NCBI GenBank assembly: GCA_963832165.1
Contig: CAWHTE010000007.1
Coordinates: forward strand, 288,001-352,000
Length of the DNA stretch: 64,000 bases
Direction: 5' to 3'
Source of the DNA: an uncultured delta proteobacterium
GTDB lineage: Bacteria > Myxococcota_A > UBA9160 > SMWR01
Part shown: piece after piece, positions 1 through 9,431 of the stretch
Position numbering within the stretch: the first letter of the stretch is position 1
How the letters are laid out: the number at the start of each line of letters is the position of its first letter
Program-made: the position numbers and the translations under genes
The notes under the pieces: model-generated
What the model was told of the DNA's origin: nothing
Seen by the model: only the letters and a program-made list of their open reading frames with translations
The model's database searches: none

Positions 1-829
1 CGACGCCACGTTCGTCTATCTCTCCGACATCGACCTGCAGTGTCACATGCTGTGGCGGCACGGCGACCCGAAGCAACCGGATGCACCGCCACATCCCGCG
101 CGCGATCCCGCGGTCGCAGCGCGCCACGCGCACGACATCGAGCGCTTCTACCGCGACGTCGATCGCGAGCTCGGCGAGATCCGCAAGCGGCTGCCGCCCG
201 AGACCTGGCTCGTGGTGATGAGCGATCACGGCTTCCAGCCCTACACGCGCAAGCTGCACCTGAACGCGTGGCTGCGCGACAACGGCTACCTCGCGCTGCG
301 CGACGGCAAGCACACCGGTCAGATCGTCGCGGGGGACGTCGACTGGGCGCATACGCGCGCCTACGGGCTCGGATTCAACGGGCTCTACCTGAACCTGGCC
401 GGGCGCGAAGGGCAGGGGATCGTGGCGCCGGCCGACGCGCCTGCGCTCGCGCGCGAGCTCGCCGAGTTGCTCACGGCGCTGCGCGACCCGAAGGGCGGGC
501 AGCGCGTGGTGGTGCGCGTGGATCGCTCCGAGGACGTCTACAGCGCCGAGCGCCGAGCGGAGGGCCCGGACCTGATCGTGGGCTACGACCGCGGCTACGG
601 CGCCTCGGACGAGTCGACGCTCGGCGAGATCACCGAGGCGGTGTTCGAGGACAACACCTCGCGCTGGTCCGGAAACCACCTCATGGCGCCCGAAGTGGTG
701 CCGGGGATCCTGCTCACGAACCGCAAGCTGCGCGGCAGCGGCTACGACCTCACCGACCTCACCGTGGCGCTGCTCGCCCACTATGGGATCGGCCCGGCGC
801 CGGGTATGGTCGGCGAGCCGATCCACTAG
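1..829 (+). CDS. Alkaline phosphatase superfamily / type I phosphodiesterase-nucleotide pyrophosphatase, 5'-truncated
   Basis: Frame is open from position 2 (DATFVYLSDIDLQCHMLWRH). Contains metal motif VVMSDHGF, the typical 'AYGLGFNGLYLNLAGREGQGIV' segment and a C-terminal 'SGNH...PGILL' segment. Confidence 0.85.
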   Translation, partial: DATFVYLSDIDLQCHMLWRHGDPKQPDAPPHPARDPAVAARHAHDIERFYRDVDRELGEIRKRLPPETWLVVMSDHGFQPYTRKLHLNAWLRDNGYLALRDGKHTGQIVAGDVDWAHTRAYGLGFNGLYLNLAGREGQGIVAPADAPALARELAELLTALRDPKGGQRVVVRVDRSEDVYSAERRAEGPDLIVGYDRGYGASDESTLGEITEAVFEDNTSRWSGNHLMAPEVVPGILLTNRKLRGSGYDLTDLTVALLAHYGIGPAPGMVGEPIH

Positions 830-842
830 AGGAGTGATCCCG

Positions 843-1043
843 ATGCTCGGAGGCAAGACCGTCAAGGTCAAGATCGATCGCGATCTCTACGACCGCGTGC
901 GCAAGATCGCCGACGTCGCGGGCTATGCGACCACCGAGGAGTTCGTCACTCACGTGCTCGAGAAGGAGATGCTGCACTTCGAGGACGCGGGATCGGATGA
1001 GGACATCCGGAACCGCCTCAAGGGGCTCGGTTACATCTCCTGA
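843..1043 (+). CDS. Small ribbon-helix-helix-like protein with C-terminal RLKGLGY motif (66 aa)
   Basis: GAGGAG RBS at 829-834. KVKIDRDLYDRVRKIA..GY.TTEEFVTHVL fits a beta-helix-helix CopG/RHH pattern; ends EDIRNRLKGLGYIS. Confidence 0.75.
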   Translation: MLGGKTVKVKIDRDLYDRVRKIADVAGYATTEEFVTHVLEKEMLHFEDAGSDEDIRNRLKGLGYIS

Positions 1044-1063
1044 TCGCCGGCTCGTTTCCCTCC

Positions 1064-2809
1064 TCAAGCCGCCAACAGGACGCCCGTGCCATCGCGTTCG
1101 GCGAGCGTCCAACGGCGCGGCATCAGCTCGATCGTCTGGGGCCGGAGCCCGGCCGCGATCACGCCCGTGCGCGGCAGGCGCGCGAGCAGCGTGTCGTACA
1201 CCTGGCGCTCGGTGGTCTCGTCGAGACCGGAAGTGGCCTCGTCGAGCAGCAGCCAATCCGGCTCGTGGAGCAGCGCGCGAGAGATCGCGAGCAGCTGTTG
1301 CTCGTGCGCCGAGAGCTGCTGGTCCCAGGGCTCCGTCGCGTCGAGCCGATCGCCGAGATGTCCGAGTCCGACCGAGGTCAGGGCCTCCCGGATCCGCGCG
1401 TCGTCGAAGCTGTGCTCCGCTTCGGGATAGGAGACCACCGCGCGCAGCGTTCCGAGCGGCAGATATGCGCGCTGCGGCACGAATAGCATCCGATCGCGAG
1501 CGGGCCGCTCGATCCGGCCCGCGCCGAACGGCCAGAGGCCGGCGAGCCCGCGGAACAGCGTCGTCTTGCCGCGGCCCGGCGGTCCCAGGACGGCGACCCG
1601 TTCGCCCGCTCCAGCGGTGACGCTCGCGCGATCGACCAGGACGCGCCCTGCCGGAGACTCGAGCCGGAGATCGACGATGCGGATCGCCTCGGACTCGCCC
1701 GTCGCCACCTGGATCTGTGCTCGCGCGAGGTCCGCGGCCGTGGCGTCCATCACGTCGGTGAACGCGGCGAGCCGCTCGATGTTGGCGCGCCAGCGCGCGA
1801 TCTCGCGATAGGCATTCACAAACCACGAGAGCGCACCCGACACCTGGTCGTAGGCCACGCGCGTCTGCACGATCAGGCCCAGCGTGATCAGACCTTCGAA
1901 ATAGGACGGCGCGGCCAGGAGGATCGGGACGAGGCTGCTCAGGCGACCCAGCGTTCCGGTCAGGATGCTGAGCTGGAGCTCCGCGCGAACCAGCTGGAGG
2001 AAGACGCCGACCACGCCGTGGAAGCGCTGGAGCGCCCCGAGACGCTCGACGGCCTCGCCGCGCGAGAGCGCCACCTCCTCTACGTGGTCGCGGAAACGGA
2101 CCAGGCCGTAGCGGAAGTCCGCCTCGTAGCGGAAGCGGTCGTAGTTGATCGGGACGAGGCGGCGACCGAGCAGGTGCGTGAGCCACATCGACAGGATCGA
2201 GAACGCGATCGCCACCCAGAGCAGGAGGCCCGGCACCTGCCGCTGCGCACCGTCTCCGGTGGGGATTAACCATCCGCTCGACAGCGTCCAGAGCAGATCG
2301 CCGAACGTGACCAGCGTCGCGACCGCGGCGAGCAGCGAGAGCGAGAGACCGAGCGCGCTCGCGACGAAGTCGCGGATGTCTTCGGCAATACGCTGATCGG
2401 GGTTGTCGATCGCGTCGCCGTGCAGCTGGGTCTGTCCGTAGGCGTGCCCTCCCATCCAGCGCTCGACGTAGTCGCCCGTGAGGCCGCGGCGCCAGCGGAT
2501 CTCGAGCAGCTGCCGCAGATAGACGCGCAGCGAGGAGACGACCACGAAGAACAGCGAGAGACCGACGAACCACCCGACCAGGAGCAGGAACGCGTTCAGG
2601 TCGCGTCCCTCGAGCGCCTCGACGGTGCTCCGCTGTGTGTCGGAGACGTACAGACTGGTCTGGACCGCGCCGAACTCCAGCGCCACCGCGCCGACGAGCA
2701 GCAGCAGGCCCCATTTCGCATCGGGCGAGGTCCAGTAGATGCGGACGATCCGCCACAGAGCGCGTGCGAGGTTCCGACCGCGCAGAGTCGGCTTGCGAGC
2801 GGTGGCCAT
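1064..2809 (-). CDS. Fused ABC transporter permease/ATPase, YddA/BacA(Rv1819c)-like
   Basis: AAGGAG RBS before MATARK. Contains IDNPDQRIAEDI and EADFRYGLVRFRD (SbmA/BacA-type TMD), Walker A GPPGRGKTT and Walker B LLLDEAT. Confidence 0.85.
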   Translation of the reverse strand: MATARKPTLRGRNLARALWRIVRIYWTSPDAKWGLLLLVGAVALEFGAVQTSLYVSDTQRSTVEALEGRDLNAFLLLVGWFVGLSLFFVVVSSLRVYLRQLLEIRWRRGLTGDYVERWMGGHAYGQTQLHGDAIDNPDQRIAEDIRDFVASALGLSLSLLAAVATLVTFGDLLWTLSSGWLIPTGDGAQRQVPGLLLWVAIAFSILSMWLTHLLGRRLVPINYDRFRYEADFRYGLVRFRDHVEEVALSRGEAVERLGALQRFHGVVGVFLQLVRAELQLSILTGTLGRLSSLVPILLAAPSYFEGLITLGLIVQTRVAYDQVSGALSWFVNAYREIARWRANIERLAAFTDVMDATAADLARAQIQVATGESEAIRIVDLRLESPAGRVLVDRASVTAGAGERVAVLGPPGRGKTTLFRGLAGLWPFGAGRIERPARDRMLFVPQRAYLPLGTLRAVVSYPEAEHSFDDARIREALTSVGLGHLGDRLDATEPWDQQLSAHEQQLLAISRALLHEPDWLLLDEATSGLDETTERQVYDTLLARLPRTGVIAAGLRPQTIELMPRRWTLAERDGTGVLLAA

Positions 2810-2872
2810 GCGGTGCTCCTTCGGGCTCGCAGCATCGCGCCCGGGGTGGAGGCGTGCCAGACTCACCCGGCG

Positions 2873-5800
2873 ATGAGCCCCTCCCCCACCGGCGCGATTC
2901 GTCTCGCGAGCTCGTCGGGGGTCACTGCGCAGCTGAACGCCAACGCATCGGTCCGGCGCATCGATCGCCAGGACGTGATCCTGAACGCGTTCCTGGGCAA
3001 CGAGCTCGAAGGGGGGCCTGCGAACCTCGTGCTGCGCCGCCGCGCAGATCGCATCACGTGGACTCCGCTGCTCGGCCCGCACAGCCCGGGCGCGGTCCAC
3101 ATCGACGAGAGCGGTCTCGACGTCCGCGGCGAGTGGGAAGGGATACGCTTCAACGTGTCACTCCGCCTGGCCGAGTCCGCACCAGCGTGGTTCTGGCACG
3201 TCCAGCTCGAGAACAGCACGCGCACTCCGCAGACCGTCGACCTGCTCCACGTCCAGGACGTGGCGCTCGCCGACTACGGCACCGTGCGCCTGAACGAGTA
3301 CTACGCGAGCCAGTACGTCGACTACACGCCGCTCGCGCACGCGTCGCGCGGCGTCGTGCTGGCGATCCGGCAGAATCTGTCGATCGGAGGCCGCCATCCG
3401 TGGGCCGTCATCGGCTCGCTCGGCCGCGCGACCCACTTCGCGAGCGACGCGCTCTCGTACTACGGCGTCGCCGCGCGCACGACCGGCACACCGTTCGCAC
3501 CGTCGGCGGACCACCTGTCGAGCGAGCGGTGCCAGCACGAGCACTCGCTGGCCGCGCTCCAGGACGAGCCCGTGTCGCTCGAGCCGGGCGCGCACGCCGC
3601 GCGCGGGTTCTTCGGCTGGATCGAGATCGATCACCCGGCGGCCAGCTCCGAGAGCGATCTCGCCACCGTGGAGCGCGCGCTGGCGCTGCCGGAGGCCAAG
3701 CCGCCTCCGTCGAGTGCAGCGCGCGACGCGAGCGCCCCCGCAGCGACGATGTTCTCGGCGAGGCCGCTGTTCGACGCGCGCGAGCTCGATCCCGCGCAGA
3801 TCGCGACCCTGTTCGGCGCGGACACGCGCGCGGTCGAGGAGGATGGCGGACGCGCGCTCTCGTTCTTCCACGGCGCAAACTCCCACGTCGTGCTCCCTGC
3901 GAAGGAGCGCGCGACGCTGCGCAGCCACGGCCAGATCCTGCGCACGGGTGAAGCGCTGGTCCCCGAGGAGGAATCGCTCACCTCGACGGTCTTCATGGGC
4001 GGCGTCTTCCATTCGATGGTCACGCAGGGCCACGTGAGCATCAACCGGCTGCTCTCGACCACGCACGGCTACCTCGGCCTGTTCCGCTCGCACGGCCAGC
4101 GCATCTTCGTGGAGCTCGAGGACGGTTATCACCTGCTCGACGCGCCGTCCGCGTTCGAGATGACGCCGAGCAGCGCGCGCTGGATCTACCGGGATGCGCG
4201 CGGCGGCGTGCTCCAGGTGCGAAGCTGGGCCGCGGTCGACCGCCACGAGCTCTGGGTCGAGATCGACGTGCTCGAGGGGCCGGCGCGCCGGATCCTGATC
4301 TCGAATCACCTGGCCGTGAACGGCGACGACGGCTCCGAAGCGGTTCCCGCGCGCGTGGCACGCGACGCACAGGGCGTCGCCGTGGGCGTGCTCCCCGACA
4401 CCGATCTCGGCCGGCGCTTTCCGGACGGCGGCTTCCGTTTCGATCCGGCGGCGGGCACGAGCTTCGAGCAGGTCGGCGGCGACGAGCTCCTGTTCCAGGA
4501 CGGCGCGTCGCGCGGACTGCCCTATCTCGTGTTCGTCGCGGCGCCGACGCGCTCGCTCGCGCTGCGCATCACGGGTCAGCTGCTCGGCTCGCCGCGAACG
4601 GCCGCGAGCGAAGCGCGCGCGCGCGACGACGCCGAGGCCGCGAACCGTTACTGGTCGCACATGACGGGCCCGCTCGATCTGCACCGGGAGCACGGCGAGC
4701 CCGCACAGACCGCGCTCGCGCCGTTCGCGGAGATCCTTCCGTGGTACGCACACGATGCGCTGATCCACTACCTCGCGCCGCGCGGGCTCGATCAGTACTC
4801 GGGCGGCGGCTGGGGCACGCGCGACGTGTGTCAGGGACCCGTGGAGCTCCTGCTCGCGATCGGCCGCACCGAACCCGTGCGCGATCTCCTGCTGCGCGTG
4901 TTCCGCAACCAGAATCCCGACGGCGACTGGCCGCAGTGGTTCATGTTCTTCGAACGGGAGCGCTCGATCCGACCCGGCGACTCGCACGGCGACATCGTGT
5001 TCTGGCCGCTTCTCGCGCTGGCCCAGTACCTGCTCGCCTCCGACGACGCGGGCGTGCTCGACGAGACGGTCCCGTTCTTCCATCCGGAGGGCGATGCGCG
5101 CGCCGAGCACGCGACGCTGCTCGCGCATGCGGAGCGCGCGCTCGGCCTGATCGCGCGCCGCGTGATTCCGGGCACGCGACTCGCCGCCTACGGTCACGGC
5201 GACTGGAACGACTCGTTCCAGCCCGCCGACCCCGCGCTCGCCGAGCGGCTGTGCAGCGCGTGGACCGTCACGCTGCACCACCAGACGCTCTGCACGCTCG
5301 CGGAGGCGCTCCGCCGCGCAGGTCGCGGTGGACTCGCCGACACGCTCGAGCGCGAGCTCCCGCTGATCCGCGACGACTTCCAGCGCGTGCTCATCGCGGA
5401 CGGAGTCTTGACTGGCCTCGCGCACTTCCCCGCTACCGGCGACGTGGAGCACTGGCTGCACCCGCGCGATCGTACGACCGGGATCTCCTACAGCGTGCTC
5501 GCGATGATCCACGCGATCCTCGCCGACCTGTTCACGCCCGAGCAGGCTCGGCACCACGTCGAGGTGATCCGCCGCCATCTGCTCGCGGCCGACGGCGCGC
5601 GCCTGTTCGACCGGCCGCTTCCGTATCGCGGAGGGATCCAGCGCCAGTTCCAGCGCGCGGAGACGGGCACGTTCTTCGGCCGCGAGATCGGCCTCATGTA
5701 TACGCACGCCCACCTCCGCTATGCGGAGGCGATGGCGCATCTCGGGGAGACCGACGCGTTCTTCCGGGCGCTGCGCCAGGCGAATCCAGTGGGTCTGCGC

Positions 5801-6277
5801 GCGGTGGTGCCGAATGCGCGGCTGCGCCAGATCAACTGCTACACCTCGAGCTCCGACGCGGCCTTCCCGGATCGCTATCAGGCCGCCGACCGCTACGGCG
5901 AAGTGAAGACGGGCGCGGTGCCCGTGGAGGGCGGTTGGCGCGTGTACTCGAGCGGAGCCGGAATCGCGGTACGGCTCGTGCGCGAGTGCCTGCTCGGACT
6001 GCGCCTGCGAAATGCGGAGCTCGGCATCGACCCCGTGCTGCCGCGCGAGCTCGACGGGCTGCGCGCGACCGCTCAGATCGCCGGTCGGCCCGTCGAGCTG
6101 CACTACCGGATCGGCGCACGCGGATTCGCGCCGCGCGCTCTGCGCCTGAACGGAGCCGAGCTCGCGTTCGAGCGCACGGACAATCCGTACCGCGAAGGCG
6201 GCGCCCGCGTCTCGATGGCGCTGCTGCGCGAGCGCCTGCGCGCGGACGTGAATACGCTGATCATCGAGCTCGGCTGA
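2873..6277 (+). CDS. GH94 glycoside phosphorylase, 1,2-beta-oligoglucan phosphorylase-like
   Basis: About 1134 aa. Motifs HYLAPRGLDQYSGGGWGTRDVCQGP, DSHGDIVFWPL, YGHGDWND, FGREIGLMYTHAHLRY and GGWRVYSSG resemble the Listeria-type SOGP subfamily as I recall it. Confidence 0.8.
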   Translation: MSPSPTGAIRLASSSGVTAQLNANASVRRIDRQDVILNAFLGNELEGGPANLVLRRRADRITWTPLLGPHSPGAVHIDESGLDVRGEWEGIRFNVSLRLAESAPAWFWHVQLENSTRTPQTVDLLHVQDVALADYGTVRLNEYYASQYVDYTPLAHASRGVVLAIRQNLSIGGRHPWAVIGSLGRATHFASDALSYYGVAARTTGTPFAPSADHLSSERCQHEHSLAALQDEPVSLEPGAHAARGFFGWIEIDHPAASSESDLATVERALALPEAKPPPSSAARDASAPAATMFSARPLFDARELDPAQIATLFGADTRAVEEDGGRALSFFHGANSHVVLPAKERATLRSHGQILRTGEALVPEEESLTSTVFMGGVFHSMVTQGHVSINRLLSTTHGYLGLFRSHGQRIFVELEDGYHLLDAPSAFEMTPSSARWIYRDARGGVLQVRSWAAVDRHELWVEIDVLEGPARRILISNHLAVNGDDGSEAVPARVARDAQGVAVGVLPDTDLGRRFPDGGFRFDPAAGTSFEQVGGDELLFQDGASRGLPYLVFVAAPTRSLALRITGQLLGSPRTAASEARARDDAEAANRYWSHMTGPLDLHREHGEPAQTALAPFAEILPWYAHDALIHYLAPRGLDQYSGGGWGTRDVCQGPVELLLAIGRTEPVRDLLLRVFRNQNPDGDWPQWFMFFERERSIRPGDSHGDIVFWPLLALAQYLLASDDAGVLDETVPFFHPEGDARAEHATLLAHAERALGLIARRVIPGTRLAAYGHGDWNDSFQPADPALAERLCSAWTVTLHHQTLCTLAEALRRAGRGGLADTLERELPLIRDDFQRVLIADGVLTGLAHFPATGDVEHWLHPRDRTTGISYSVLAMIHAILADLFTPEQARHHVEVIRRHLLAADGARLFDRPLPYRGGIQRQFQRAETGTFFGREIGLMYTHAHLRYAEAMAHLGETDAFFRALRQANPVGLRAVVPNARLRQINCYTSSSDAAFPDRYQAADRYGEVKTGAVPVEGGWRVYSSGAGIAVRLVRECLLGLRLRNAELGIDPVLPRELDGLRATAQIAGRPVELHYRIGARGFAPRALRLNGAELAFERTDNPYREGGARVSMALLRERLRADVNTLIIELG

Positions 6278-6284
6278 GGGAGAG

Positions 6285-9200
6285 ATGCAGAGCGAGCTGC
6301 TCGACGAGTTCCGCGGCGATTCGGATTGGAGCCCGATCGCATCGGGTCTCGCGGAGCTTCGCATCACGCAGGAGCCGAGCCCGCACGGTCGCGCGATGCG
6401 GCTCGACTTCGACTTCAAGGGCAGCGGCGGATTCGTCGTCGCGCGCCGCCTGCTCTCGCGCTCGATGCCCGAGAGCTGGGCGCTCGCGATGCGCATCCGC
6501 GGCGCGGCACCCGCGAACAAGCTCGAGCTCAAGCTCGTCGACCCGAGCAACCGCAACGTATGGTGGTGGCACCGGGACGCGTTCGAGCTTCCCGCCGACT
6601 GGCAGCCGCTTCGCATCCGCAGCAGCGAGGTGACGTTCGCGTGGGGCCCCGCCGGCGGTGGACCGCTGCGCGAGCTCGCTGCGATCGAGCTCGCGATCGC
6701 CGCGGGGCCGGGCGGGCAGGGCACCGTCTGGATCGAGGACCTGCGCTTCGAAGACCTCACGCTGCTTGAGCCGCCGCGCACGAGCGCGTCGAGCACCGCG
6801 GCGGGACATCCCGCCGAGCGCGCGATCGACGGCGATGCTGCGACCTGCTGGCGCAGCGAGCCCGGCGCGGCGCCCCAGTGGCTCGCGCTCGATTTCGGCA
6901 CCGAGCACGAGTATGGCGGCCTGTCGATCGACTGGGCGCCCGGCGGTGAGCCGCGCTCGTTCGGGGTGCAGGCCTCCGACGACGGCGAGAAGTGGAACAC
7001 GCTCTGGTCGGCGCGTCAGGCGGAGGGCTCGCGCCATTACGTCTACGTGGCGGGCGGCGGGCACTCGAGACACCTGCGGCTCTTCCTGCAAGAGGCCGCG
7101 AGTCCGACCGGATTCGCGATCGCGTCGCTGCGCGTCGAGCCCTTCGAGTTCTCGCGATCGCTCCACGACTTCTTCCACGCAGTCGCCGAGCGCGAGCGGC
7201 GCGGACTGCATCCGCGCTGGCTGCACCACTCGCAGACCTACTGGACACCCGTCGGTGTCGATGGCGGAACGACCGCGGCGATCATGAACGAGGAAGGAGT
7301 GGTCGAGCCGGACCGCGCGAGCTTCTCGCTCGAGCCGTTCTTGTTCGCCGACGGCGAGCTCGTCACGTGGGCGGACGCCGACGTCTCGCAGTCGCTCGCG
7401 GCGTCCTTCCTTCCGATTCCCTCGTCGGAGTGGCGCTGGCGCGATCTGGTTCTCTCCACGACCGCGTTCGCGAGCGCCGAGGGAGCGCCCGCGTGCGCGC
7501 GCGTGCGCTACCGCGTCGAGAATACGGGCCGCAGCGCGAAGCGCGTGCGTCTGTTCGCGGCGCTGCGCCCGTTCCAGGTGACGCCGCCGTGGCAGTCGTT
7601 CCAGGGCATGGGCGGCACGAGTGCGATCTCCGATCTCGCGTGGGAGGCGGGCGCCGTCGCCGTGAACGGCCGCAAGGTCGTGGTCCCGCTGGATCCGCCG
7701 AGTGGCTTCGGCGCCTCCGCATTCGAGCAGGGAGGCGTCATGCGACATCTCGTGCGCGGTGAGCTTCCGCCGCGCTCGCATGTGCGCGACGACTTCGCGC
7801 ACGCATCGGGTGCGCTGTGCTGGGACCTCGAGCTCGAGCCGGGCAAGACGCGCGACGTGGAGGTCGCGGTGCCGTTCGGCGAACAGGCACCCGGCTCCTG
7901 CGACGCCGAGGGGCTGTGCCGAGCCGCGCGCGCGGCCTCGCTCGAAGTCGTCACGCGCTCCTGGCAGGACCGCCTCGGTTCCGTCGCGATCCGGGTCGGC
8001 GCCGCATCGGACTGCGTGGATGCGCTGCGCACCGCGGCCGCGCACATCCTCGTCAACCGCGATCGAGCGGCGCTCCAGCCGGGCCCGAGGCGCTACACGC
8101 GCTCGTGGATTCGCGACGGCGCGACGATGTCGGCCGCGTTGCTGCGGATCGGGTGCTATGCGGAGGTGCGCGACTTCGCGCGCTGGTACGCGCAGTATCA
8201 GGCCGCCGACGGCAACGTGCCGTGCGCCGTGGATCACAACGGCGCCGATTGGCTGCCCGAGCACGACAGCCACGGTCAGCTCGCGTTCACGGTGGCCGAG
8301 TACTGGCGCATGACGGGCGACCTCGACTTCGCGGCCGAGCTGTGGCCCTCCGTGCTGGCCGCGACGCGCTATCTGGAGCAGCTGCGCTCCCAGCGCCTGG
8401 GCCCGGAGTTCCGCGTGCCCGAGAAGCGCGCGTGCCACGGCCTGTTGCCGGAGTCGGCGAGTCACGAGGGCTACCTGGCCCATCCCGTACACGCCTACTG
8501 GGACGATTTCTGGGCGGTGCGCGGCCTCGGCGATGCGGCCGACCTCGCGCGAGCGCTCGGCGAGCAGGTCGAAGCGAAGCGGCTGCGCGAGCTCTCCGAT
8601 GCGCTCGGCGAGAGCCTGTATGCCTCGATCGAGGCGACGATCGCGGAGCGCAAGATCCCGTATGTCCCGGGCTCGGTCGAGTGGGCCGACTTCGATCCCG
8701 CCGCGACCGCCACCGCGCTCGTGACCACGGATGCCGCGCGTCGCCTGCCGGCGGCGGCGCTCCGCTACAGCTACGACGAGTACCTCGCGGGCTTCCGGCG
8801 CCGCAAGAACAACGAGATCGATTGGAACAACTACACCGCCTACGAGATCCGCATCGTCGGCGCGCTCGTGCGCCTGGGCCGGCGCGAGGAAGCGCACGAG
8901 CTGCTCGACTTCTTCCTCTCCGATCGCCGCCCGCGTGTATGGAACCAATGGCCCGAGATCTCCTGGCGCGATCCGCGCAGCCCGGGACATCTCGGCGACG
9001 TTCCGCACTCGTGGATCGGCGCCGAGTACGTGCTCGCCGTGCTGTGGATGCTCGCGTACGAATCGCCCGGCGACGCATCACTCGTACTCGCAGCGGGCGT
9101 GTCCGAGGCGTGGCTCGACGGCGACGGCGTCGAGCTCGCGGAGCTGCCCACGTGGTGGGGTCGGCTCGGCTACCGGCTGTGGCGGGACGCCCCGAACGCG

Positions 9201-9368
9201 CTGCGCCTCGAGCTCGCGCCGGGACTGCGCGAGCCGCCCGGGGGCATCGTGGTGCGACCGCCGCTCGCGCGTCCGCTCACGGGCGCGGAAGGCGAGGGCG
9301 TCGTGAGCTTCGACGAGCACAGCGCGACGATGCGCAGCAGCGCGCGCAGCGTGCGCCTGACGTTCTGA
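6285..9368 (+). CDS. Discoidin (F5/8C, CBM32-like) domain protein with C-terminal (alpha/alpha)6 glycoside-hydrolase-like domain
   Basis: N-terminal CBM-like beta-sandwich; F5/8C motif 'AIDGDAATCWRS..PQWLALDFG'; C-terminal QPGPRRYTRSWIRDG, EHDSHGQ, HAYWDDFW and WNQWPE motifs. No signal peptide. Confidence 0.7.
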   Translation: MQSELLDEFRGDSDWSPIASGLAELRITQEPSPHGRAMRLDFDFKGSGGFVVARRLLSRSMPESWALAMRIRGAAPANKLELKLVDPSNRNVWWWHRDAFELPADWQPLRIRSSEVTFAWGPAGGGPLRELAAIELAIAAGPGGQGTVWIEDLRFEDLTLLEPPRTSASSTAAGHPAERAIDGDAATCWRSEPGAAPQWLALDFGTEHEYGGLSIDWAPGGEPRSFGVQASDDGEKWNTLWSARQAEGSRHYVYVAGGGHSRHLRLFLQEAASPTGFAIASLRVEPFEFSRSLHDFFHAVAERERRGLHPRWLHHSQTYWTPVGVDGGTTAAIMNEEGVVEPDRASFSLEPFLFADGELVTWADADVSQSLAASFLPIPSSEWRWRDLVLSTTAFASAEGAPACARVRYRVENTGRSAKRVRLFAALRPFQVTPPWQSFQGMGGTSAISDLAWEAGAVAVNGRKVVVPLDPPSGFGASAFEQGGVMRHLVRGELPPRSHVRDDFAHASGALCWDLELEPGKTRDVEVAVPFGEQAPGSCDAEGLCRAARAASLEVVTRSWQDRLGSVAIRVGAASDCVDALRTAAAHILVNRDRAALQPGPRRYTRSWIRDGATMSAALLRIGCYAEVRDFARWYAQYQAADGNVPCAVDHNGADWLPEHDSHGQLAFTVAEYWRMTGDLDFAAELWPSVLAATRYLEQLRSQRLGPEFRVPEKRACHGLLPESASHEGYLAHPVHAYWDDFWAVRGLGDAADLARALGEQVEAKRLRELSDALGESLYASIEATIAERKIPYVPGSVEWADFDPAATATALVTTDAARRLPAAALRYSYDEYLAGFRRRKNNEIDWNNYTAYEIRIVGALVRLGRREEAHELLDFFLSDRRPRVWNQWPEISWRDPRSPGHLGDVPHSWIGAEYVLAVLWMLAYESPGDASLVLAAGVSEAWLDGDGVELAELPTWWGRLGYRLWRDAPNALRLELAPGLREPPGGIVVRPPLARPLTGAEGEGVVSFDEHSATMRSSARSVRLTF

Positions 9369-9431
9369 AACCCCGCGAAGAACGACGAATCGCGGACCCA
9401 GGAGTTAGCCTGAGGGAAGGAGGCAAGATCC

